61,645 nt of DNA, filler included, from Choristocarpus tenellus KU-1152 (GCA_964200185.2; 10 parts of 10 records of this genome joined end to end with filler, not necessarily neighbours in it), one strand, 5' to 3'. Counted from the first letter of the whole stretch, positions 26,280 through 39,587 are shown. Made by a program: numbers and translations. The notes: generated by a model from the sequence alone, not told the origin.

Positions 26280-26542
26280 GAGCCAAAATATCTTAGAGGG
26301 TAGATCCGCGTCCATTTGGGGGTCAAAATCCAATGTTGTGATTCTGGTGTAATTTTGGCTATTGTGTTTGCTAGGAAGTGTCAATATCCACGTTCTGGAC
26401 ACACCATTTCATAATGCATATATATTTTACCTACTCCGAAATATTTTGGAGTAGGAAAATGTCATTAAAAAAAACATGGGAAGCCAAGCCCCAAATGGAC
26501 ATACAGGGCAAAACTCGCACCCTCTAAGATATACTTTCACTC
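26280..26542 (-). mobile_element. MITE family A, reverse orientation, intronic
   Basis: Both TIRs present; TSD AGT, followed by G. Confidence 0.9.
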
Positions 26543-26603
26543 AGTGAAAATACGGGACACACTTGAGGCTGGAGGCAGCTTGTGCTTTTTTGGACGTTGG
26601 TAC

Positions 26604-26755
26604 TGGAGGTTCAGTATACAATTGGAGGTTTACTATACAATTGGAGGTTCACTATACAATTGGAGGTTCAGTATACAATTGGAGGTTCAGTATACAATTG
26701 GAGGTTCAGTATACAATTGGAGGTTCAGTATGCAATTGGAGGTTCAGTATACAAT
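26604..26755. repeat. Minisatellite (TGGAGGTTCAGTATACAAT) x8
   Basis: Eight contiguous 19-bp units with no spacers. Confidence 0.95.
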
Positions 26756-26878
26756 TGGGAGGCACAAAAGATGGTGCTATGCATCAGATGAGTGATACAC
26801 AATGCGAACAGTAGTATGTTGGGAGTCCCAATGCGTATACAATACTGTTGAGAAACCCATTCCTCATAAGATTCCCAC

Positions 26879-27503
26879 CTCCTTTGTACCAAGGTAGCCT
26901 GTCCTAGCACCTTTATCCAATTTTGAGAATGCTTTATGGTATCTCGCCCTCTCCGCTGGGCTCATTGCATACATTGAGTCCACCTCATCTCCAGAGTCCC
27001 CTGTTGATGTCGATCCACCAATCACTTTGGAGTCCTCTCCCTCAACAGCAAACCCCCCACAGATGTTTTTCTTCATTACTTCCCCTTCCTTCCCTGTCAC
27101 CACTGCAACAACTTTTATATTCTCCTTGCTCTTCCTGGTTTTCCTTGCCTCTTCTTCCTCCTTTCTCATCCCCACCTTTGCATTCGCCTTCATTCTATCC
27201 TTCCCCTTGACCTCGCCTCTCTCTAGTTCCTCATTTCCCTTGCTCATTCTTTTCGCAACCTTGCCACTGCCGTGTTGATCGTTGTTGTCATTAACACCCC
27301 ATTCTGGTCTCTCACTAGTCACCAAGCTATCCCCTGCATCTTTCCCCTCCCTTAATCTGGCATTGTGCTTGTCATGGTCTAAGCAGGGTGGAATTGCGTC
27401 TGGGAGGGGCAGTCCCCTTGTTTTCATGCACCGAACCATGTGGTATGCAACACACCACGACTCTTTTGTAATCATTTGGGTGCCACCAGGGTCACACAAC
27501 GTC
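26879..27503 (-). CDS. EH-domain protein exon
   Basis: TLCDPGGTQMITKESWCVAYHMV..LPLPDAIP ... YAMSPAERARYHKAFSKLDKGARTGYLGTKE|GTGGG; splices in frame to AAKVLAKSGL. Confidence 0.85.
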
Positions 27504-27934
27504 CTGGAACAAAGGTAGTGGAGTGAGATTGTCGAGAGGAGAAGATTTCACACCTTAGACAACACTACACTTTCATATATAGGGTATGAAGTGACACAAC
27601 ATCAACAGTTGTGTTTACATACTGTAAAATGCCGTAGACATAGTGCTTCGGAGTATTTGTTGTGTATGTTTAGACTTGAGTGTTACAGGACATATGTAAG
27701 GTATATTTCGGGCTGGAATGCTACTATACATACATAAGTTATGTGCAGTATGTTTTAGTCTCGACTGTTATAAACATAGCATAGTGTTGAGTGTTTTGTT
27801 GTGTGGTGCGGTAGTCTAATAGTAACCCCGGAGTGCTTAGTACAGATACTGTGAAATTGTTGCACACCTTTGAGAACTTACAAGTCCATGCCAAAACGCC
27901 TTTACTTTGTCATGACATATTGCTAAGTGTTATG

Positions 27935-27965
27935 GGGTCAAAGTATCTGGGGGGGGGGGGGGGGG
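27935..27965 (+). mobile_element. Family C-type terminus at contig end
   Basis: GGGTCAAAGTATCTG(n). Confidence 0.75.
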
Positions 27966-28065
27966 NNNNNNNNNNNNNNNNNNNNNNNNNNNNNNNNNNN
28001 NNNNNNNNNTTAATTAATTAANNNNNNNNNNNNNNNNNNNNNNNNNNNNNNNNNNNNNNNNNNNN

Positions 28066-28132
28066 CGAAATCGCAACATCGGATTTTGGTCCCCAAATGG
28101 ACGCGGCTCTACCCTCTAAGATACTTTGGCTC
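28066..28132 (+). mobile_element. MITE family A, right end only (contig start)
   Basis: CCCCAAATGGACGCGGCTCTACCCTCTAAGATACTTTGGCTC. Confidence 0.88.
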
Positions 28133-28812
28133 TAATATGAAATCTGTTCTCATGTGACCTGAGGTTCTCTTCTACTGACAACTCCTCCCTCTTACACTGT
28201 ATCATATCGTCAACAGTCAAACCCTTTCTTTCATCCTCTAAACCCCATTCTTCACCATCAGACTTGGCTCCGTTTTTCCTTTACCCTGAAACTCTATCCC
28301 CTGGTCTATGTCTATCCCCTCAGACCCCCTTTTCCCGCTAGTCTACTCAGGCAGCCCCCTTCCTGGTGCAATCCCAATGGGTATGCCAGCCGCCAAAATA
28401 AAGCCCCAAGGCAGACTCGCGGGACCTCTAACTCCAGGTTATGCCTCCACAGACTTTGTACCCCAGTTCTTGGCTACTAACACGTTCCTTGTATTTCTGA
28501 CATTAGACTCCCCTTTAGATTTCATTGGTATCTCCCCAGATATGACATATGCCATGCCTCACACCTGTATTAGGTGTGATTTGTTTACATTATTATTTAT
28601 TACTGGATGTCCTGAGATAGAAACTGTAGTGCTGAGTGCTTTGAAATGTTTGGGCTGGTTTGATTAGGGGTTCCCTAAGGCTCTCCGTCCCCCCCCCCTT
28701 TTTCGTTCTAGGAATATAAGTTCTTGGACTTCTCTTTCTTACCTTGGAAGCCTCTTGAAGATCGCCTCAATCCGATGTCTGTACCATACCTGTGTTCTCG
28801 AGTCCACAATTC

Positions 28813-28989
28813 GGCTCAAAGAATCGGGGGGGGGGAGGGGTCTACACGAGGGTGTCCGTTCGGGCCCTGAGCGGGAGAAGTGCACTTATATTATCCATCC
28901 AACGCATGTAACCAAAATCACTCAGAAATTGTAAAATTGGAAAATGGACCCTGAATGGACAGCCACCACCCCCCTAGATACTTTCATCC
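28813..28989 (+). mobile_element. MITE family C (~180 bp)
   Basis: GGCTCAAAGAATCGGGG ... CCCCTAGATACTTTCATCC; perfect 4-bp TSD ATTC. Confidence 0.85.
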
Positions 28990-29429
28990 ATTCCCACCAA
29001 TAGTAAGGGACCAATCCATTGCTTAAACATTGTTCATGCACCATCACCATCAGTACCTTGCGTAATCTGTTAGTACTAGTCTGGGTGGATTACGTAAAGA
29101 CTAAGACGTGTAGCGTACATGTATTAGTCTAGACCAGCCATAGCTGCCAGTGAGTTGTCTAGGTCGTGAGAAGTTCATAGTTTCATAATGTATGTGGGAT
29201 CAGCAAGGTTTGCATTACTCTTAGATGGCTCAGTGGTCGATCTAAACATTCCAGCTTTCCCTAGTCGACTATAATGCTTTTCTTTTTCTTTCTTTTGTCT
29301 TAAAGAGCAATGTGGCATATTATGTACATATCCCCTCCTCAATCTAAACACATCCTTTTCCACCCCTTGTTCAACTTGAAACTATTGGAGCCGTTCGTGC
29401 CATACCACCGTAGCCATCTGCATATATGC

Positions 29430-29684
29430 GAGTGAAAGTATCTTAGAGGGCACGATGTTTGCCCTGTTTGTCCATTTGGGATGGCTTCCCATGGATTTTT
29501 TAATGACATTTTCCAACTCCAAAATGTTTTGGAGTAGATAAAATGTACACGTTATGAAATGGTGTGTCTGGAACAATGATACTCAATCTTCTTAAAAACA
29601 CGATAGCCAAAATTGCATCAAAATCGGAACATTGGATTCTGGCCCCCAAATGGATGCGATCCTACCCTCAAGATACTTTGGCTC
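29430..29684 (+). mobile_element. MITE family A
   Basis: Both TIRs present; perfect 4-bp TSD ATGC. Confidence 0.9.
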
Positions 29685-30047
29685 ATGCACCTCATTAACC
29701 ACACTATTCTGCCCTGAATCTCCCCCCTCCCCTTTGATTGACTTAAACTGAATTCTCCCACTATTGGGCACTATACCATGTTCTCCTGCTATCGCTTTCC
29801 TTCACTGTGGTGACTTGTTAATACATGTAGCAAGGATGACAACGCATACTCCCTAAACCGTGATACATCATAACCCCAATCCCTACTTTCTTCGCAATCA
29901 ATCAACCTACCACCCTACAATGTAACCTACTATGGTAAATTGTCAGCCTTAAGTCAAAGGGTTTTGCCAGCTTGTAAGCAAGGTGGTGCAGGAGCTACGG
30001 CTAATCATTGCCCCCCCCCTCCCCCTATATTGGCCTGACCTTTTTGT

Positions 30048-30720
30048 CCTACTTATTTTTACAATATGATATGCTCGCACAATCAATTTCTTTTAGTTAT
30101 CGCATATTGTTGTAATCCTTGTATCACCAGCAACAAATCTACTGCTAATCCCCAATTCTTAATTTCGTGGCATTCACTCCACCTACACTCCCAACCTACC
30201 AATTGCCATTTCGTACTCTGAAATACCTTCACGTTTAAAAAGGGGGGGGAGATATCCCAGCTTGTAGCTACGCTGCATAAAGGCTATGGCTACTTGTATT
30301 AACATGACATTTGATTCAAAGGGTGTCTATGCCTAGTAGACATCCCACTACTAGCCTTGGATCTTCCTGTCCTTATTATCCTGCTTATTGTCCCAATACG
30401 ATATTCTTGCTCAATCAATTTCTTTTAGTTATCCCATATTTTTGTTGTTAGATATCACAGACAACAATATCTCCTACTATCCCCAATTCTTAATTTCGTG
30501 GCATTCACTCCACCTACACTCCCAACCTACCAAGTGTCCTCATCTAGTACTCGGAAATATCTATACAGGTTTTTCTTATTTTTGTTTTGTTTTGATTCCA
30601 CGGTACATCCCAGCTTGTAGCTATGCTGAATAGAGGCTATGACAACTCGTATAGACATAGCAATTGATTCAAAGGGTGTCTATGCCGAGTAGACATCCGC
30701 CTACTAGCCTCGGATCTTCC
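30048..30720. repeat. Diverged tandem duplication, ~335-bp unit x2
   Basis: CCCCAATTCTTAATTTCGTGGCATTCACTCCACCTACACTCCCAACCTACC and TTGATTCAAAGGGTGTCTATGCC each occur twice. Confidence 0.88.
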
Positions 30721-31054
30721 CCGTGTGACCCTTTTACCAAGTGCCCACCTCCATATCGTTGCACAATGAGCCCTGACTATTCTTCTTTTTTTTTACCATA
30801 TATTGATCGGAGTGAACAATATTGGCACTTGAAAACAACCCATTCATTCTATCACTGATCGATATAGACCTGATATCTGCCCCAGCTCTAGATCTCAAGC
30901 AATATTTGACGGGCAATCACTCTACAAGGTTGTCTCAGGCACACTACTCCTACCCTGGCCCATTATCTTTGATTATTATTATGGGATGCCATGGGATAAC
31001 CATGTGGTTCTCGACATAAACAGCCCACTCTACAACTCATCTCCGTGTACCCCT

Positions 31055-31152
31055 GGGTCAAAGCATCTGGGGGGGGTGGGGGGGGGGGTTGTGGGGGGGC
31101 GTCCGTTTCGGTCCGGACGAAGTGCTCAAAAATCATAGCAATTGGGTCAATG
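31055..31152 (+). mobile_element. Family C-type terminus with a novel interior, at contig end
   Basis: GGGTCAAAGCATCTG(n)...GTCCGTTTCGG. Confidence 0.7.
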
Positions 31153-31514
31153 NNNNNNNNNNNNNNNNNNNNNNNNNNNNNNNNNNNNNNNNNNNNTTAA
31201 TTAATTAANNNNNNNNNNNNNNNNNNNNNNNNNNNNNNNNNNNNNNNNNNNNACGCGGATGGCGGGTAATTAATGGCCTAAGATTGGTTTTCATCCAATC
31301 GCCCGAACGGCTAACTAAGTTATCTTGCTTTAGCGGTGCACGCCACCACACCGGTGGATCTCGCGGGGTCCCTCTGTGTGTTGCGCAGCGGTCGCTACCC
31401 CCAGGTCTCTTTGTTTGTCACAGCCCGAGTGTGTTAGTGCATGTTACAACCGACTGTTGTATCTCACCTGTACTTCGTATTGTTTTGTGCTGCCAATTTC
31501 GTGGTCCTTCGTAG

Positions 31515-34500
31515 CCGTGGATCCCCGCATTGCGTTGTTGCGCCCAATTAATGATTTGGAAAAAAGCTGTTCTGTCTGTTTGACGCTCTCGTTCGATGCC
31601 ATGTGCAGCAGGTTTTCCTGCCCAAAGTGCTCCATCACGCACATGGGCGAATGTGCCAACGTGGAGATTGTGGGCGACGAGAGGCACAAGGATCGATTGT
31701 GTATCAATTGCCCCGTGGTACAGGAGGGCAGTGAAGGGACTGGACCGATGGGGAACGAAGCGGTGAGTCAGGGCAGGGGCAAGGGTAAGGGTAAACGTAA
31801 CGCAAGGAGTGCGGGCGGGTCACCCAGCAGGCAAAGCCTTTTACGTCCCCCCTCACGCAGCGAAACGGCGGACATGGAAGAGTGCATGTGGGTCACGGTA
31901 TGGTTGCACATTATACGGACATACAAGTCGTCTCTGCGTGTTTGGTTTCGCGTTGGTTTGCACATGGGTCTTGGCTGGTTGTACATCATGTGGATTGCTC
32001 GTCCTTTGTGTATTCGGTATGCCGTTTTTTTGGAGGTTTCCATGGGCCATGGAACTTACCTGTTTGACGTTTCCCCTCCTTCCATGAGATGTATCTGATG
32101 GGTTTGGTGTTGTGGAGGGTACGGCTTAACATTTTGGGGATGCCGGGAAAAATTATCTGGTCCTCACTTACTAATACAATTGCCTGCACCGTTGTTTACG
32201 ATGCTGTCCTTTTTGTCGTGCTGTCTGTGTACTGTGTCATGTGTCATAATATCCAACCACAGCTGAGAACACTGCACTACACAACCTTCACCCTCTCGAT
32301 CCGACGCTACCCTTAGACGGCCTGAAAGAGTTTGCCTTCCACAAAGCGCCAAAGCTCGCCATAGTGTCCATCGCCACCAAGCCAAGACTCCTCAACGACG
32401 AAGAGGCAACCAACACCCACTTGTGCCAGGTGATGAAGTGCTTGCAGGTGAAGATACATCCTCAGGGTACCATCACGCTATTTGTGCCCCACCCGTGGGC
32501 CGTGCAATCACACCGCCTACACGGTGTGTTGCAGAGTTCGCCAGCGCTGAAATACGGGGTGTATTGCGGGAGACTATTGCAATCCGCCGTGGCTGTTATC
32601 AGTCCGCCCGTGTGTCGATCGGAAATGGTGGCGGCCGTTCAAGAGATGCGGATTCTGTCGTTTGTCTTTTTTTTTCGCTTTCCCCATGTAGTTTCACCTT
32701 CTTTGTACCTTGTATTTCCTTTTGTGTGTTTTGCTCTTCCCCCACGGGTCCCTCGAAGTTCTTTGTTTGATTGTCCGCGAATCGCATGCTGGTGTAACTT
32801 GTCTTCATTACTTTTTTTTTGCCGTCTTTCCTTCTATTAAATAATTTCCTATTGTTTGCATTTTTGCATTTGTTATTTAGCTTGCGCTCCACCCTCGTTG
32901 TACTATTATCATGTTAGTGGTATGCGATTTCATGAAGCTCAACGATACCGTAGTTGTGTGCTGTCACTGTCAAGTTTGACGAATGCCAGACCCATGCGCT
33001 CGCTCCCGCCTTCTCTTTATTCAGGGGCTCTTATGGCGTTGAAGGTAGGCTTGGTTTTGGAAGATCATACCCTGCTTATAATGTACAAGACGAGGGGGGG
33101 GGGGCGCCCTCTTGCAGGCACTGATAACCATCTCAGATGCCACCAGGACATAATTCTTCTCGCGCATAATGATGGGACAGAGTTCACGTGCAACAAACGA
33201 GTCACCGTCGACAAAATGTTTGGCCACGGGAGTGATCCATCTCCTCTGGTGCTCCAAACCATTTGCGACGTCGAGTACCAAGGTGCTGCGACGGACATCC
33301 CCATGAGGGCCCTCCACTTCCTCGTTGGCAGGTTCGTTAATTACATCACACACGCCCTTCTTCATGGGAGCAACGCCTTTTTTTGTATTGGTGTAGATCA
33401 TTGTTAAACAGTAACGCAACAAGCTGGGTGACAGTTCAGGGGCGTCAAACCGTACCATGAGTGTGTTTCCTTGAATCAATACGTTAAGCATCTATCCGCA
33501 CCAAGATTGTGTTGCCCAGAATCAGTACGTTGCTCGTACATTGCCATATGATGAATCCGTACGCAATACAATGTACTCCTTGGGATAATTTACGACCTGC
33601 CCTCCTATGATAGGAACACGAATCCTGGGGACACTCTTGTCTCCTTCAGCGCAGAGGGACACAACTTGACGGAGGCGGCCCTTGAACGGAGCAGGAGGGT
33701 GGAGGTGTTCGTGTCCAACACAGCGTCAAAGGACGATGTGAAAGAAAAGATCGAGACCTCCTTCGGCTGAGCCTACAAGGACGGCAAGTGGAAGGTAATA
33801 AGGGTGTGCTGGCTTTTTCCCATTTCTTTCCAAGTTATTGTCTGTCTTCGTTCGCTATGGATAGGTGTCGGGCGTGCGGTTGTGGTAGAGATGTTTCCTT
33901 GTCCATGTTTACACATTGCTAACACGGTGCACGCGGTGACCCACACCACAAATGGAACTAACGAGACCCCAAGACTTTGTGTGTGAGTGTCGGTACATCG
34001 TAATGTCCTCCTTCCCCACACGAAAAAACAAACATGCTGCGGTACACCTCAAGATCTTTAACCAAAGCCGGAATAACCCCTACATACGTGATGTAACCTT
34101 ATCGCATGGAATCACTTCAATGCCACATGGTTGGGCTGTCACATGTACGCACATGATGATGCAGGTATCCACGTCTCTTGTTCAAGAACGCGTGATAGAC
34201 CCTTCCTGCCTGCCGGAAGCCTTGGGGCAGACCCTCATCCCAATTGAGACGCAGCGATGTTTTGCTGAGGTCGTCAATCCTCAGGGAAAGGCAATGGGAC
34301 GCGATGAGGTGACCGTTTTCATTGCGAAGATGATGGCAAAGGACTTCGGCTACCAGATCGAGGTGAATCTGGCATAGAATGCACTTCGTAACTTGTTTTG
34401 TGAAGAACGAACGGCAGAGTCACGCTCTTGGCACGCAGTAGACACGTTTTTTTTCTTCCCGAGTCCGAACCTATCTAATGCGGCACCCAAATACGTCGCG

Positions 34501-35318
34501 TAGAAAACTATGGGCCTTGCGGATAAGTCTTGAATCCGTTGTGTGTTCAACGTTTGCCACAATAAGGTTGCCGTTTTTGCACCACCTTCGGTTGCCTCCA
34601 AATCACATCCATTCATGAATGACTGAACTCTAGCCCCCCCTCAACCCCACCGCCGTCTTTGTCTTCCGCAACGCTCAGTCGCGTGCAAGCTCGTCCTCGA
34701 ATCCCGCAGAAATGGCCTTATTCCCGCTTGAAGGGAAAGACTACAAATTCGGCGGAAATGACCTCCCTACGTGGGGTGATCTCCAAGTGTGCAACTCTCG
34801 ATCAGAGGCCTTCTGTTCGATCTCTCTTCACGACCAAGAAGAACAGTGCATTCGGCTGCTTCATGTGGCCAACAACAACCAGCACAAGTGCATGCTTTCG
34901 CCTGGAACGGAGGTGTGTGGGCCGCGTGCAGAGCTCTACTTACATGTGGCAGTCACTTGCCCTCTCTACTACATGCGTTGGACCGAGAAGGCAGGTGACG
35001 CCAACATTGAATTCATGTCAAAACTTCCGCAGAGCAGAAGCTGTGACGAGGTCCTCCTCCCCTTCTCCCAGGTTGGCCCCGGGCAGATGTTCGTCTCGCC
35101 CGTGGTCGGGAGGGTGTGTAAACCCCGGGCAAAGAATGACACGGGATCACCGTTCAACGTGCTCCCGGGTCTTACGGTAGTGCGTTCTCATGGGTTCAAA
35201 GTGCGGGATTCGGACTCAGACTTGACGCCAATCACCACTAGAAAGCGCAAGTGTCCCTCTTCCCGCACGGGTGGAAAGGGGAAAGGGGAAAGGGGAAAGG
35301 TCGCAAGGTGCAGAGGGG
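31515..35318 (+). pseudogene. Multi-exon gene or pseudogene with an N-terminal PHD/RING-like Cys/His finger, product unknown
   Basis: CSVC..CPKCSITHMGEC..CINC at ~31567-31711; further exon-like open frames at ~33025-33331, ~33610-33795 (internal TGA), ~34165-34362 and ~34710-35318, with pyrimidine-tract/AG and GT boundaries. Confidence 0.45.
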
Positions 35319-35486
35319 NNNNNNNNNNNNNNNNNNNNNNNNNNNNNNNNNNNNNNNNNNNNTTAATTAATTAANNNNNNNNNNNNNNNNNNNNNNNNNN
35401 NNNNNNNNNNNNNNNNNNTCCGCTCCCCCGGCCCCCCGGCCCCCCCGCCCCCCACCACGACAAAATGCAAATGCACTGGCTATAAT

Positions 35487-35647
35487 ATGATGAACGCCTC
35501 CACATCAGCACGGCACAAGTCTCCTCCTCGCTCGCCGACTCCTATAGAGAGGCTGTACTTGGACCTGGGGCAATACCAGCAGAGGCTGAATGAAGTACAA
35601 GTGAGCATTGCGGACAAGGTTGGGATGTACTCTGCGATGCATCACAG
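35487..35647 (+). CDS. Exon of an unknown coiled-coil protein
   Basis: IERLYLDLGQYQQRLNEVQVSIADKVGMYSAMHH with CAG|GTAAGA donor; phase matches the exon at 37042. Confidence 0.55.
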
Positions 35648-36098
35648 GTAAGAAAGGATGGAAGGCATACTAGCTGGGATGTGCAGCAGCGCAGCCGTAT
35701 TCATCCCTCGCAGATGGCTCAATCACATCATGTATGTATGTTAATATTTATGTATGTAGCGGGCAGATACTCTGCCGCTGCATGCAAGATCATTCCGGCG
35801 GTGACGTCGTCGTCATGGTTGCGTCAGCCTGTTAACTGTCGATGTTTTTGAGTTTTGATTGTAAAAATAGTGTTCTTGTGTACTGCTCTGCTTAGAAAGA
35901 TGTAGTGCCATCCATGCCTGCTAATGAATCGGGGTTGGGGGCTATTGTCGTGTGTAGGGAAGTGTACTGTAAGGTTTCAGAGCTCTTCTTGCAGCGGGCG
36001 CTTATGTTGATTGATACCCACTTGGTTCCTTACCGGGTTGAGCTTGTGTAACCGAATCTATGTTGTGCGTACATGCATTGTATCTGTATTGCCTTTTT

Positions 36099-36126
36099 GT
36101 TGTTGTTGTTGTTGTTGTTGTTGTTG
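36099..36126. repeat. (GTT)n microsatellite
   Basis: Directly visible. Confidence 0.95.
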
Positions 36127-37041
36127 CTTGAATCTGTTTTCACATCATCTGTCACCTTTTGTGCGGACTTCGCTGTTCACTAGCCATGACCCGTTCAGCG
36201 GCGAGAGACGGCCTTGACTTCGCTGTTTGGTCTATGTCAGCAGTTGTCACCGTGAGAAAATCCACAGGATACGGTTGGAGGGAGGGACAGCATCAACGTA
36301 CAACCGATGAGGATGTTAATGGGTGTAAGCATCGATGCCGTTACTCGAGATGAAACCATAGAACGGTTCCTCCTCAGCGTCTCGCCGAATCCAAGCAGAC
36401 AAGCATTTACGCCCCTGCTGTTGTATTATCATCCTCTCCGCTTCCCTCCCTCTTCTGTAGCATTAACGTCTGTACTACTACACATTGAAGCACTGCCTCG
36501 TCTAACCATTTGATACCTCTTCGCCCCTCCTCCTGAGAAGCTAGATGCACCGAACCTACCTCCTGGTGGACTTCACCGACTGTGTCCTGGATGAAATTTC
36601 TCTGTCAGGACGGGGACGGTGTGTATATTGATTGTCCTCTGTCTTACGCTTTACGGATGCTCTTTTCTTCAGAGTATGGCAATTGGACCCGGTCTTAGCT
36701 CATTATTGTCCTAAGTGCTCCCTAGTAGAACAAGCTATCTCTCAGTACAATGGTACGGTAGGGGTACAACAACAACACATCGAACCGATCGGAAGCAATA
36801 AGTCCTTTCCTCCCTCTTTTTTTTTTTCTTCTTTTTTGGTTGTTCGCAGATCGTGCGAATAACGCGACGCATACGTGTAACTGCGTGCCTACTGCCTCCT
36901 CCTCCTCTTCCTCTGTGTGCATTCAACGTTTTTGAAACGTATGTGTGCTAATAAAGACATACTTTTTATTCAATTGTGCTCACACGTTTATTTGCTGGTT
37001 TGCTTGTTTGCTGTTGGGTTGGGTTGGGTTGGGTTGTGTAG

Positions 37042-37342
37042 TTACTTGGACGCTCGAGTGGAGGCCGAGGAAGCGGAGGAGCTCAAACGAGCTTTGTCGT
37101 CCCAACTGGTTCAGCTGCTCATGGAGCAGGAGGCGAGGCTCGATGGTCATCTCAAGGCCTTCACTGGATGGAGCAATGATGACAAGGCTGTGTCCTCTCA
37201 AGACGAAAGATCTGTAACTGAATCATCATCCACTAAAGCGGTAACCGTCAACAGAGCTGGGATGGAGGAGGAGAGGAGCGGAGCTGGTGTAAGGGATGGA
37301 ATTGGGAGTGGAGGAGCATCTGACGGAAACCTGAGGGAGGAG
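37042..37342 (+). CDS. Next exon of the same coiled-coil protein (3' boundary uncertain)
   Basis: TAG|T acceptor; YLDARVEAEEAEELKRALSSQLVQLLMEQEARLDGHLK; candidate donor GAG|GTAACA. Confidence 0.55.
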
Positions 37343-39339
37343 GTAACACCTTCCTTGGAAGCTGTAGACGGGTGTCGAAGCGAAGTAGATGGACGTGTGT
37401 GTGTTTGAAAGAGATGGGACAGGGAGGTGACTGGGAGGTGACTGGGACAGCCCGGGGATTGATCCACCCTGCGCCTTGGAATTGAATTTGTGGTAATAAT
37501 ACGGGGGCCAGTGGCTGCTTCACTGACTTGAGGAAGTGGAGGAGGAAACGAGGACATGAATTGTTGGTTTTCTCAAATGTTTTTCTCCTTTCCTTGCTTG
37601 CTTTCATGTTTTTCTAGCTTAGAAGAAAGGAGGTTTATCTTGTGTCTTGTGTTTCTGAGTCTCCTGGAATTTTTTTCAATTTTTTGGACCAGGGAACAGT
37701 GTTGATCTTGACTCTCAATTAGGAACTTACATCTGACTGTGGTTTTTTTGTGATGCACGAGATAGTTTGTTGACTCTTGTTTTGTGCAAAGCACATATTA
37801 TTAATGCTAGTTAGTATGATAGATGGCGTGTAAATTCGTGCTGGAGAGAGTGCAGGGGTCTCTGAGTGCCATGTGCTGCGTGCCTCAAGTCCTAGATGAA
37901 ATGCATTTACTCTCCTTGTTTCACGATTCTACAATAATTGTGTTTCTTATTACCCTGGGTCTTGATCACCTCCCTTCCCATTGAATGGGGTGGCGATGCT
38001 GATGGTGGACCTGTTCTTGATGCCGAGCTAAAGGGAGTTTGGTGTATTCTGGATGCCACAGGTTGCAAAAAGTTGCAAGGAGCTTTTGTATTTGTAGCCC
38101 GGTCTTGAACACCGTGCCTTGATAAAAGTGTCTGGAAATGTTTAGCTATATGTATTTAGTCTTTTTTGCGAAGGAACTCTGTTGTAGAGGCCAAGCTCCA
38201 TGGTCCAACTTTTGTTGTTGTGGTTGTTACTGTTACAACGACCGACACCTTGCTTGGTTTCCATTGCTTTGCTGAGGATGTTTTGTGTTCTTGTGCTTGG
38301 TGACTACCTCGAAAAAAGTGTCTCCATTTTGGTGGAACATTTTTTTCCTTTTTTTTGCTTGTTCCACTGTGCTTGGAGCGTAACATCCATCCATGAGCAC
38401 CCAGAAATATTTTCGCTTTTCGGGGGGTTGTGCAATGGAACCAAGCAATAATTGTTCGGGTTTTAATGATGGGTCGTGATTTTGTTTTTGTGTGTGTGTC
38501 AATTCGATTGACATCAATGCTGGCCAGCTGCTGCTAGCAGACAGATCTGTCAGCTTTTTTATGGTCAGCTGGGAGCAAGTTCGTAGTAACTGCTACAGAA
38601 GCATGCACTAATTCTTGGTTTGTTGTAATCGAATTTTTGTGCACCACTAAGGACACCATGTGTGGCTCGTTGCCCACCACCTCAAAACCTTTAAGGTTGA
38701 TGACGATATGCTATGATCTGTTTAATGTATTGATACATAATATTTTCTTCAGAGATTTTGAGTCATCCGATCTTAGAGGGTCTAATTTGCCATTCTGAGT
38801 TTTTTGAGTTCTTTAACCTTCTACCTAAGACCCCATTAATTCCAATGCCTACTATGCAGCTAACCCCACTTAGAAGGTTGTGGCGGCAGAGGAATAGAGA
38901 CGAACTTATGTCCACATCCCCGAAATCACCCTTTCCAGAGAGTTTCAAAACTTGCTAAGTTTGTGCTCTTCACATGTTTGAGTTCGAATCACACCAGTGT
39001 CGCCAGTATGAATCGTGTGATCGATTCTGCAGGGGTGTGCTTCACTCAGGGAAGGGTGATGAAGAGAATCACCGAGCAAGACGGACAAAGACGAACCGTA
39101 ACCAAGAGGACGAGGTTATGGTTGGACAAGTGGAAGACTGTAAGGACTTGCAGGAAAAAGTGGGGAACTGAGGAAGTGGCGAGGATCACAGTTCGGATGG
39201 GTTTCAGAAAAGAAACCAGTGAGATATGAGACATCCGTCTTCGGAAAAATGTACTCTCCAAGAGGCGTCACAGGAAGACACGGAAATCTATCACTCCGAA
39301 GATCCTCCACACAGTTGAACCGAAGTTCCCAGAAAACAA

Positions 39340-39587
39340 GAGTCAAATTATCTTAGAGGGTCGAGCCGCGTCCGTTTGCCAAATCCAATGTTGCGATTTT
39401 GATGTAATTTGGCTATCGTGTTAGGAAGTTTCGATATCCTTGTTCTGGACACTCCTTTTCATTATGTATACATTTTACCTACTCTGAAACGTTTCAGAGT
39501 AGGAAAATGTGATAATATACCTGTGGGAAGCCAAGCCCCAAACGGACAAACAGGGCAAAAGTTGTACCCTGTAAGATGCTTTCACTC
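39340..39587 (-). mobile_element. MITE family A, reverse orientation
   Basis: Both TIRs present; TSD CAA. Confidence 0.88.

Noticed and set aside
26265-26402. N-terminal 46 aa of ORF 25338-26402
   Set aside because: They derive from the intronic MITE and intron tail; the true exon starts at the acceptor at 26264.
26604-26755. CRISPR-like array or repeat protein (ORFs 26544-26814)
   Set aside because: Units are contiguous with no unique spacers and no cas genes; the ORFs are a by-product of a stop-poor 19-mer inside an intron.
31055-31400. Direct continuity between the TIR at 31055 and the PHD-gene contig
   Set aside because: They are separated by an artificial spacer; contig order gives no linkage evidence.
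38760-38785. GAGTCATCCGATCTTAGAGGG as another MITE end
   Set aside because: No partner TIR or family interior found nearby.
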